Positions 11,364-19,084 of a stretch of DNA of 64,000 nt are shown here, one piece after another; position 1 is the stretch's first letter, and every line of letters begins with the position of its first letter. The translations under genes were made by a program, and so were the position numbers. The notes below the pieces were generated by a model. It had not been told where the DNA came from and searched no databases. It saw nothing but the letters and a program-made list of their open reading frames with translations. The stretch spans positions 2,656,001 to 2,720,000 of the forward strand of contig CAWDML010000001.1 of NCBI GenBank assembly GCA_963803435.1, in the 5' to 3' direction. Origin of the DNA: an uncultured delta proteobacterium. GTDB taxonomy: Bacteria > Myxococcota > Kuafuiibacteriia > Kuafuiibacteriales > Kuafuiibacteriaceae.

Positions 11364-12148
11364 CACCGGACCTCCGAGATCGCGTAGGGGAGCTCGTAGA
11401 AGCCGACACGCACCCGCTTCTCCAGCGCCTCGAAGAGCGCCGCCGTGCGTTCGAGATCGGCTCGGTCCTGGAACGGCCGGTAGCCGAAGGTCCCGTCGGG
11501 CTGGCGAACGGCGGCCCCATACTTGCCGTCCGGCGTCTTGAAGTAGAGCGCGACCATCCCGAGGCGCGCGACCGAGGCCAGCATCTGCTCGCCGTCGACC
11601 TCGATCGTCTGCTGATAGAGGCCGTTCTCCCGCGTCAGCCGGACCTCGTCCTCGACCCAGGTCCACAGCCGGTTGAGCGCGACCGAGGGGAGGATCGTGT
11701 GGTCTTCGACCTCGCGGGCGATCTTGTGGAGCTCCTCCAGGCGGTCCTCGGTGCGGAACGGGATGCCCGACCGGACCGTCCGCTCCAGCGTCTGCACCGC
11801 GATCCCGATCGCCGGCGCGAGCTTGTCCTGCTCCTGCCCGGCCTCGGCAATCCGGCCCCGGATACGGCCCAGGTCCTGCTCGAGCTGCTGGAGCCGCAGC
11901 TGCTCCCGCTGGATCTCCGCCTCGACGCCGGCCTTCTGTGCCACCAGCGAGCGCATCTGGCTCTTGCCCGCCTCCTTCTTCTCCTCGATCTCGGAGGTCT
12001 TCGATTCGACCTCGCCGCGGAGCCTGGACAGCTCCGCGGCCATCTCGTCGACGGTCGACTGCGCGTGCGCGGTGGGGATCCCGAGCGTCGTGAGGGCTGC
12101 AAGCGTGAGGGTCTCGAGGAGTCTCATCGATGGCGACGAGATACTCAC
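11363..12148 (-). CDS. DUF3450 family exported coiled-coil protein (TtpB-like)
   Basis: GTG start after GGAGG; signal peptide; IPFRTEDRLEEL and RLGMVALYFKTPDG motifs; first gene of the TonB operon. Confidence 0.8.
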
Positions 12149-12189
12149 GGGCCTCCGTGTAGTTGAAGCGACTCTTCCGGATCGGGCTG

Positions 12190-12207
12190 GTGACAACGTT
12201 GTGACGA
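12190..12207 (-). promoter_or_regulatory. Pho-box-like direct repeat
   Basis: Minus strand TCGTCAC-AACG-TTGTCAC, the 7-4-7 geometry of CTGTCAT-N4-CTGTCAY, ~40 bp upstream of the TonB operon and beside a PhoB-like gene. Confidence 0.65.
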
Positions 12208-12258
12208 GTGCGCTCGAGCGTTGACAGCCTTCGAGGCCGCAACGAACGTCGCGAGCGC

Positions 12259-12966
12259 GTGTCGGATCTGATCCTGATCGTCGAGGACGAGGAGGATCTG
12301 GTGACCGCGCTCCAGTACAACCTCGAGCGCGACGGTTATCAGACTCGAGCTGCCCGTGACGGCGCCGCTGCGCTCGAGCTGGCGGCTCAACGACCGCTTC
12401 CCGATCTGATCCTGCTGGACCTCATGCTCCCCGATATGTCGGGAAAGGACGTCTGCCGTCAGATCCGCTCCGACCCCGAGACCCGGCACATCCCGATCAT
12501 GATGGCGACCGCCAAGGGCGAGGAGGTCGATCGCGTGATCGGCTTCGAGGTCGGCGCCGACGACTACGTGGTCAAGCCCTTCAGCGTCCGCGAGCTCCTC
12601 CTCCGCATCCGCGCGATCATCCGCCGGGCCCGCTCCGAGGATCGGGCGGAGGGGCAGACCGTCTTCGGCGTGCTGCGGATCGACCGCGAGGGTCACGCCG
12701 TGTGGGTCGACGAGGAGTCGGTCCCGCTGACCGCGCTCGAGTTCAAACTCCTCCTGACGCTCTACGGCCGGCGCGGCCGCGTTCAGTCGCGCCGCCAGCT
12801 CCTGCACGACGTCTGGGACATCCAGGTCGACGTCGAGACCCGGACCGTCGACACGCACGTGAAGCGCCTGCGGCACAAGCTCCGCGAGGCCGGGCGCTAC
12901 ATCGAGACGCTCCGCGGCGTCGGCTATCGCTTCGTCGACCTCCCCGAGCACGCCCCGCCGGAGTGA
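12259..12966 (+). CDS. phoB: PhoB/PhoP-like OmpR-family response regulator
   Basis: Receiver ILIVEDE...LLDLMLP...TAKGEEVDRVIGFEVGADDYVVKPFS; winged helix ETRTVDTHVKRLR..IETLRGVGYRF. Confidence 0.8.
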   Translation: MSDLILIVEDEEDLVTALQYNLERDGYQTRAARDGAAALELAAQRPLPDLILLDLMLPDMSGKDVCRQIRSDPETRHIPIMMATAKGEEVDRVIGFEVGADDYVVKPFSVRELLLRIRAIIRRARSEDRAEGQTVFGVLRIDREGHAVWVDEESVPLTALEFKLLLTLYGRRGRVQSRRQLLHDVWDIQVDVETRTVDTHVKRLRHKLREAGRYIETLRGVGYRFVDLPEHAPPE

Positions 12967-13041
12967 AGCACCCCACTTCGCTCGCAGAGTCGTCACGCGC
13001 GCGCCCTCGTGACGCCACCCTCGAGGGGCAAGCTCGCGAGC

Positions 13042-14661
13042 GTGGACCACCTCGGCAATGTCGCGTTGCTGTTCGGGAGCGGATCGCTGCTCTTGGTCTT
13101 GGCTTCGACGGTGCTGGTGCTCGTCGAGCTCTCACGCCGCCGCCTGCGCCCGCAGCACTGCCCTCCCATCACCGTTCTCCGTCCCGTCAAAGGGATCGAT
13201 CCCGGCTTCGAGGAGAACCTGATCGCGATCCTGTCGCAGGACTATCCGCGATTCCAGGTGATCGTCGGTGCGGCCGATCCGAGCGATCCCGCGATCGCGG
13301 CTGCGAGGAGGATCCTCGCCCGGTTCCCCGGCGTGGACGCACGGATCGTCGCGGGCGCGCCCAGCTTCGGGTTCAACCCGAAGGTTCGGAACCTGCGCTC
13401 CATGATCGAGGAGGCCCGCTACGACTGGATCCTCATCTCGGACTCGAACGTGCGCCCCGGCCCGGACTACCTCGCTTCGCTGGCCGCGGAGCTCGACGAT
13501 CCGAGCGTGCGCCTGGTCCACAACCCGATCGCCGGGAGCGGCGCGCGATCGATCGGTGACGCCTGCGACCACCTCCACCTCGGCACCTTCATCACCGGCG
13601 CGGTCGCGCTGGCGCGGGCGGCCGCCGGCCACCAGTGTGTCATCGGCAAGTCGATGCTGCTGTCGAGGACCGACCTCGAGCGACTCGGCGGCCTCGCTCG
13701 AGTCAAAGACGCGCTGGCCGAGGACTATCTGATCGGCCGCATGTACACCGACGCCGGCCTGCGCGTGGTCCGCTCGCCGTACGTGGTCCACACGCCGGGC
13801 GCCGGCATCGGCCTCTGCGCGTTCATGGGCCGCCACCTGCGCTGGAACCAGATGCGCCGTCGCATCTCGCCGCTGTCGTACACGGGTGAGGTGCTCCTGA
13901 ATCCGATCCCGTTCCTGCTCCTGGCGGCGCTCTCCCATCCCCAGATCGCGCTCGCCGGGGTCGCCCTCAAGTGCGCGGCCGACAGCATCCTTCTGGGCCC
14001 GCGGGGCCCACTCGGGCGCGCTCTCCTGATCCCACTCAAGGACGTGCTGATCCTCTTCGTCTGGCTGGCGGGCGCGTTTCACACCACGGTCGGGTGGCGC
14101 GGGCATCGGTTCCGCATCGGCGCCGGCAGCGCGCTGGTACCGTGCCCGGCGGGGCGCCCGTCTCGTCTGTTCGAGATCGACGCTGCGCTCCTGTGGAGCT
14201 TCCGCCGCTTCGAGAAGCCCGAGCTCACCGCCGCCGCCCGCGCGCTGACGCGCTCCGGCGATGCCGTCTCCTGGGCGATCGCGGGACTGGTCATGATCGG
14301 CGTCGGGGCGGGCCGGCAAGCGCTCTTGCTCGGCACCTCGGCGCTGTTCGCCACGCTGGTGGTCCAGGTCATGAAGCGATCGATCCGCAGGACTCGCCCC
14401 GATCGCATCCTCGTCGGGTTCGTGGCGCTCGCCGACAATCCCGACTCGTTCTCGTTCCCCTCCGGCCACACGGCGACTGCGTTCGCGGTCGCGACCGCCT
14501 TCCTCGGTGAGCCGACGATGCTGGTCCCGATGCTCTGGCTCCATGCGCCCAGCGTCGCCGCCAGCCGCTGCTATCTGGGAGCGCACTATCCGCTCGACGT
14601 GCTCGCGGGCGCGATCGTCGGAGTGATGGCGGGCGCCGGCGCCCGGATCATGCTCGGTTGA
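13042..14661 (+). CDS. Ceramide-glucosyltransferase/HpnI-type glycosyltransferase (GT21-like) fused to a C-terminal PAP2 lipid phosphatase
   Basis: GT motifs RPVKG.D, NPKVRNL, ISDSNV, GKSMLL, LAEDY, RHLRW; PAP2 motifs KRSIRRTRP, SFPSGH, SRCYLGAHYPLDV in the same frame; start 13042 (GTG) or 13009. Confidence 0.8.
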   Translation: MDHLGNVALLFGSGSLLLVLASTVLVLVELSRRRLRPQHCPPITVLRPVKGIDPGFEENLIAILSQDYPRFQVIVGAADPSDPAIAAARRILARFPGVDARIVAGAPSFGFNPKVRNLRSMIEEARYDWILISDSNVRPGPDYLASLAAELDDPSVRLVHNPIAGSGARSIGDACDHLHLGTFITGAVALARAAAGHQCVIGKSMLLSRTDLERLGGLARVKDALAEDYLIGRMYTDAGLRVVRSPYVVHTPGAGIGLCAFMGRHLRWNQMRRRISPLSYTGEVLLNPIPFLLLAALSHPQIALAGVALKCAADSILLGPRGPLGRALLIPLKDVLILFVWLAGAFHTTVGWRGHRFRIGAGSALVPCPAGRPSRLFEIDAALLWSFRRFEKPELTAAARALTRSGDAVSWAIAGLVMIGVGAGRQALLLGTSALFATLVVQVMKRSIRRTRPDRILVGFVALADNPDSFSFPSGHTATAFAVATAFLGEPTMLVPMLWLHAPSVAASRCYLGAHYPLDVLAGAIVGVMAGAGARIMLG

Positions 14662-14711
14662 AATCGCACCGAGTTCACGCCACCCGAACGTGATCGTCAC
14701 ATCGCCCGGCG

Positions 14712-15251
14712 ATGCTCTCGGCCGTGACACGATATCGAGCTCGCACCCTCTCACCCGACGACTTCGACACGATCATGTCCCTCGAGCGCGCCCTCTTCGG
14801 AGACTCCGAAGAGGGCGTGCTCGGTCCCTACTACGTCCGGCTGTGCTGCAGCTTCTTCGGCCGGACCTGCTTTCTCGCGGAGGTCGACGGCCAACCCGCA
14901 GGCTACCTGCTCTCGTTCGTCAACGGCCGCGAGGCCTACTGCACCACGCTCGCGATCCTCCCGGAGTATCAGGGCACGCGCCTCCTCCTGGCGCTCCTGC
15001 GCGAGTTCACGCGCGCGATCGCGGACCGCGTCGACGCCTGCTGGTTCACCGTCGAGGAGGACAACGAGTCGGCGCGAGCGCTGCACCGCATGCTGGGCGC
15101 GGTCGAGGAGTCGGTGATCCCGAACTTCTACGGGCCGGGCCGGGCGCGGATCGTCTCCCGCGTCGATCGCGCCGCCGTCGACCGGATGGCCGAGCGGTTC
15201 CGGCGCCTTGGTCTGATCGAGACCCAGAAGGTCGAGGAGGTCCACGCATGA
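14712..15251 (+). CDS. GNAT family N-acyl/acetyltransferase
   Basis: TLAILPEYQGTR, NESARALHRMLG; ATGA overlap with next gene. Confidence 0.8.
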   Translation: MLSAVTRYRARTLSPDDFDTIMSLERALFGDSEEGVLGPYYVRLCCSFFGRTCFLAEVDGQPAGYLLSFVNGREAYCTTLAILPEYQGTRLLLALLREFTRAIADRVDACWFTVEEDNESARALHRMLGAVEESVIPNFYGPGRARIVSRVDRAAVDRMAERFRRLGLIETQKVEEVHA

Positions 15252-16015
15252 GGTTCGCGCTCGCCTCTCCCGCTCCCGCTCCGCTCCGCAAGAGAGGTGC
15301 GATCGATCGCGGTCTCGACATGATCAATCTGGTCGGAGGGGTCCGCGTTCGCGGGCGCGTGCTCCCCAGCGATCCGGCCGCCCGGCTGCGCGCGCGCGCC
15401 CGCTCGTTGATGACCACGTGCGATCGGCTGCTCGAGATCCACGACGTCCAGGTGGAGCTGCTCGGCCAGCTCCCGCTCTCCGAGGGACCGATGGTGGTGG
15501 TGGCCAACCACCTCAGCTACCTCGACCCGATCCTGTTGGCGCGGCTCCTTCCAGCGACCCCGATCGCGAAGCAGGAGGTCGGCGACTGGCCGGTGCTGGG
15601 AGCCGCGGTGGCCGCGCTGGGCGCGCTGTTCGTCGATCGGACGTCGGTCGAGAGCCGAACGCGGGCGCTCCGCGGCGCGTTTCAATCGCTGTGCGCAGGG
15701 GCTTCGGTGATCAACTTTCCCGAGGGCTCCACCACGGATGGCCGCGACCTGCTGCCCTTCCACCGCGGGATCTTCGGGATCGCGATCAAGGCCGGCGTCC
15801 CGATCGTTCCGGTGCGGATCGACTATCCGGATCCGCGAATGACGTGGACCGCGGACGCCTCCTTTCTCCCCCACTACCTTCGCGTCCTCCGCATGCCGTC
15901 GATCGAGGCGAAGATCTGGGTCGGTGATCCGATCCAACCCTCACCGACGCGGCGCCCGGAGGAGCTCGCCGAGCGGGCCCGCGCCGTCATCAAAGACCGA
16001 GGAGATCGACGATGA
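15248..16015 (+). CDS. PlsC/OlsA-like lysophospholipid acyltransferase
   Basis: NHLSYLD (HX4D), FVDR, FPEGS, IVPV motifs. Confidence 0.88.
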   Translation: MRFALASPAPAPLRKRGAIDRGLDMINLVGGVRVRGRVLPSDPAARLRARARSLMTTCDRLLEIHDVQVELLGQLPLSEGPMVVVANHLSYLDPILLARLLPATPIAKQEVGDWPVLGAAVAALGALFVDRTSVESRTRALRGAFQSLCAGASVINFPEGSTTDGRDLLPFHRGIFGIAIKAGVPIVPVRIDYPDPRMTWTADASFLPHYLRVLRMPSIEAKIWVGDPIQPSPTRRPEELAERARAVIKDRGDRR

Positions 16016-16959
16016 ACCAGCTCTCCGCCGCCGCCTACATCCGCCAGGGGCAGATCCCGTTCTACCGGCTCGAGGTCGTCGAGCTGGGCTCGTCGGTCCC
16101 CTACTCGGGCCGCGACGCGGTCCTGGTCGGCATCCCCTGGGACCAGAGCGTCACCTACCGCGCCGGCGCTCGCTTCACGCCGTGGGAGCTCCGGCGCGTG
16201 AGCGCGCTGGTGCAGACGTACCACCCCACGCACCGCGTCGACGTGTTCGACGTGCTCGACGCGATCGACGGCGGCAACATCGCGGTCCCGCCCTTCGACG
16301 CCGGGGCCGCTCGCGAGATGATCCAGGAGGAGGCTACCAAGATCCTCCAGGCCGGCGCCTCGCTGTACGCGGTCGGCGGCGACCACTCGATCACGCTGCC
16401 GCTGCTCCGCGCCGTCAACGCCGTCCACGGCCCGGTCGCGGTCGTGCACGTCGACGCCCACTTCGACACCAGCACCGGGGAGCTCTGGGGCGACGACTAC
16501 CACCACGGCACGCCGTTCCGTCACGCGTTGATCGAGGGCCTGGTCATGCAAGGTGGCCTGCATCAGGTCGGCATTCGAGCCACCTGGGGCGGCAGCGACG
16601 AGGGCGCCTTCGCCGCCGACCGCGGGAGCCACATCTACGGGATGGCCCAGATCGACGACGGCGGGATCGATCGGGTGGCGCGCACGAGCCGCGAGTCCAT
16701 CGGCGATGCTCCGGTCTATCTGTCGCTGGACATCGATGCGATCGATCCAGCGTTCGCGCCCGGCACCACGATCCCCGTCGCTGGCGGCCTCACCTCACGC
16801 GACGCGATCCGGCTCCTGCGCGGGCTCGCCGGTGTGCGGCTGGTCGGAATGGATCTGGTCGAGATCTGCCCCGCGCTCGATCACGCGGACATCACCCTCC
16901 ATCTCGGAGCCCACCTACTCTACGAGGGGCTCGCGCTGCAGGCGCTGAACCAGCGATGA
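16012..16959 (+). CDS. Agmatinase-like ureohydrolase (arginase family)
   Basis: GGDHSIT, DAHFD, HGTPF, SLDIDAIDPAFAPGT metal-binding motifs. Confidence 0.9.
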   Translation: MNQLSAAAYIRQGQIPFYRLEVVELGSSVPYSGRDAVLVGIPWDQSVTYRAGARFTPWELRRVSALVQTYHPTHRVDVFDVLDAIDGGNIAVPPFDAGAAREMIQEEATKILQAGASLYAVGGDHSITLPLLRAVNAVHGPVAVVHVDAHFDTSTGELWGDDYHHGTPFRHALIEGLVMQGGLHQVGIRATWGGSDEGAFAADRGSHIYGMAQIDDGGIDRVARTSRESIGDAPVYLSLDIDAIDPAFAPGTTIPVAGGLTSRDAIRLLRGLAGVRLVGMDLVEICPALDHADITLHLGAHLLYEGLALQALNQR

Positions 16960-17555
16960 GACCGCGGGCGATCGTCCTCGTTCCTTCGCGGCCTGCGGGC
17001 GAGCTGGCGCGGGCCGTACGAAACGCCGGCGCGATCGGCGGGTCGGTGCTGGCTGTGGTGCTGGAGGCGGAGGAGCCCTGGTGGCGTCCTCAGCTCGTGG
17101 GTGGACCGGCCGACGGCGTGCTGATCCAACCCTTCGAGCGTGGGTCCGGCATCGCCCTCCTGGCCGCCGTCCTGCGCGTCTTCGGCGAGGATCCGGCGGC
17201 GCGGATCGTCGCGCTGCGTTCGCCCGATGCGGATCACCTCGCCGCAGCGCGGGCTGCCTGCGATCACCTCGACCGCGATGCGATCGTCCGTCTGACCCCG
17301 GCCGGCCGTTCGCCACCGACCCTGGTCGCGTCCGCCGGCGCACTCGTCCACCTGTATCACCGCGCGCATCCCAGCCTTCTCGGCGCATTCCTGCGGGACG
17401 CGAGCCACACGAGTATCGGATCTGCCGGCAGCCTCGACCACCTCTATCCCTGGCTCCCCGAGCTCGATCTGGATCGGGATGTCCTCCCGTTCCTCTCGAC
17501 CATCCGGACGAACAGCGCAGTCGGCCCTTTCGATCTCGAGCTCGAGCACCGTTGA
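16956..17555 (+). CDS. Degenerate mannose-1-phosphate guanylyltransferase-like protein
   Basis: LIQPFERGSGIALL...DPAARIV...PDADH recalls EP..RNTA..PSDH; N-terminal LAGG.G.R motif missing; ATGA-coupled. Confidence 0.45.
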   Translation: MRPRAIVLVPSRPAGELARAVRNAGAIGGSVLAVVLEAEEPWWRPQLVGGPADGVLIQPFERGSGIALLAAVLRVFGEDPAARIVALRSPDADHLAAARAACDHLDRDAIVRLTPAGRSPPTLVASAGALVHLYHRAHPSLLGAFLRDASHTSIGSAGSLDHLYPWLPELDLDRDVLPFLSTIRTNSAVGPFDLELEHR

Positions 17556-18106
17556 CGGCCCCCGGTTGGGTCGCGTTCTCTCACCTCGATGATCCGTCGC
17601 GGCCTGGCGCTGGTGGTCGCGCTCGTCCTGGTCCGGTGGCTGCCTGCGTGGTGGTGTGGCCGCGACGCAGAGCGCTGGATGCGCGGGGACCCCGAGACCC
17701 AGCGTGCGCTGGCGGCGGCCCTGGTGTCGTTCGAGCGACGCGACGCCGAGCGAGCGAAGAAGCCGGCCAAGGATCGGTTCGCCGGCGAGTGGGCGCTGGT
17801 CACGCATCAGATGACGGCCCTCGGGCTGGCGCAGCTCTGCCTGGCCCACCCGGAGTGGAGGCCCAACTACGCGCCGGTCGTGACGCGGGCGGCGATCCAG
17901 AGCTTCCGGCCCGAGATGCGCGACTTCGGGACGCGCGCCTGGCATGGAGAGGACGCGCTGGCGAGCCTCGCCAGCTCGCACGGCCACGCGTACCTCGCCT
18001 ACTCGGCGCTGGCGATCGGGATGGCGCGGCTCCTCGACCCTTCGTTTCCCGCCGAGGTGGCGGCCAAGCACGACGCGCTTCGCCGCCTACGAGCGCCGGC
18101 TGCTGG

Positions 18107-18413
18107 CGTGACAAGTTGCAAACGCGCGACGGCAAGGCGGTCTACCCCCGCAGGAAGAGTATCGTCGAACCGGCGCTCGGACAGATCAAAGGGGCACGAG
18201 GATTCCGCCGGTTCTCGCTACGCTCCTTCTTCAAGGTACGAGCCGAGTGGGACGCTCGTCTGCCTCACCCACAACCTGCTCAAGCTCTACCGATCGAAGC
18301 TCGCGACCGTCGCGAGCGTCTGACTCAAGGCAGCCATCTTCAGATCGGGACCCGGACCGGGACCGGGACCCGGACCGGGGTCGCGTGAGCGCTTACGCGC
18401 TACACGCTCCTAG
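18107..18413 (+). mobile_element. IS1182-family transposase 3' remnant with probable right end
   Basis: RDKLQT...Y.RRKSIVEP..GQIK.ARGFRRFSLR...KV.AEW.LVCLTHNLLKL; ends ACACGCTCCTAG, where the host frame resumes at CTA. Confidence 0.75.
18347..18376. repeat. Hexamer tandem repeat (G/C)GGACC x5
   Basis: gggacc cggacc gggacc gggacc cggacc. Confidence 0.85.
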
Positions 18414-18787
18414 CCGCCTACTTCGCCGGCTTCGCCGATCGCGCGCTGGCCGCCGAGCTCGCAGGCGCGCTCCTGTCCCAGGAGTCGACGTTCCTGGGCT
18501 TCGGCGCGATCCGCGAGTACGGGCCCGGTCACCACGGGCTCGGCGACGTCGACAGTGGTCCGGTGATCCTCGGCGTGTCCGTCTCAGCGACCGGCTTCGC
18601 GCTGGCGCCGGCGCGCGCTTTCGGACACCGCGAGGCGTTCGAGCGGCTCTACCGCACCACTGATCTCTTCGGCGTCCCGATCGAGACGGACGGCGAGACG
18701 CCGCTTCGCCACCGGCGGACCGATCGGCAACGCGCTGTTGCTGGCGTTTCTGACCAGCGGCCCCGAGCTCGCGGGGCAGGCAGAGTG

Positions 18788-19084
18788 ATGCGTTGGCGTG
18801 CCGGTCTTCGGTTCGTCCGCGTGGAGCTCGGCCTGCTCCTGCTCTACGCGTTCACGCGCTGGCTGTTCGCGATCTCCACCGTCGACGACGGCCTGCTCTC
18901 GCCGGACGGCGGCGTGAGCCTGGGCGTGGTGGGGCTCGGGCTGCTGGTGATCGTGCTTCGGGTCGGTGTGCTCTTCGGCGTGCCTGCGATCCTGGCCTAC
19001 CGGCTCTTGTTCGTGCGGCGCGAGCTCACGCGCGCGACTCTCGAGCCCCCGGCCGCCGGATCAGCACGTACAGGCCTGGGATGA
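18788..19084 (+). CDS. Small membrane protein
   Basis: ATG overlaps upstream TGA; 2-3 hydrophobic segments; 3' end overlaps RND stop. Confidence 0.6.
   Translation: MRWRAGLRFVRVELGLLLLYAFTRWLFAISTVDDGLLSPDGGVSLGVVGLGLLVIVLRVGVLFGVPAILAYRLLFVRRELTRATLEPPAAGSARTGLG

Larger units (their letters stand above)
17589..18788 (+). pseudogene. Exported helical protein (possibly linalool dehydratase-like) interrupted by an IS remnant
   Basis: N-part GEWALVTHQM...HAYLAY...HDAL; C-part LAAYF...AIREYGPG..GLGDVDSGPVILG...GPIGNALLLA; middle replaced by transposase DNA; extra indels near 18080 and 18700. Confidence 0.6.

Noticed and set aside
18347-18376. Repeat as a CRISPR array
   Set aside because: Contiguous hexamers without spacers; no cas genes in the window
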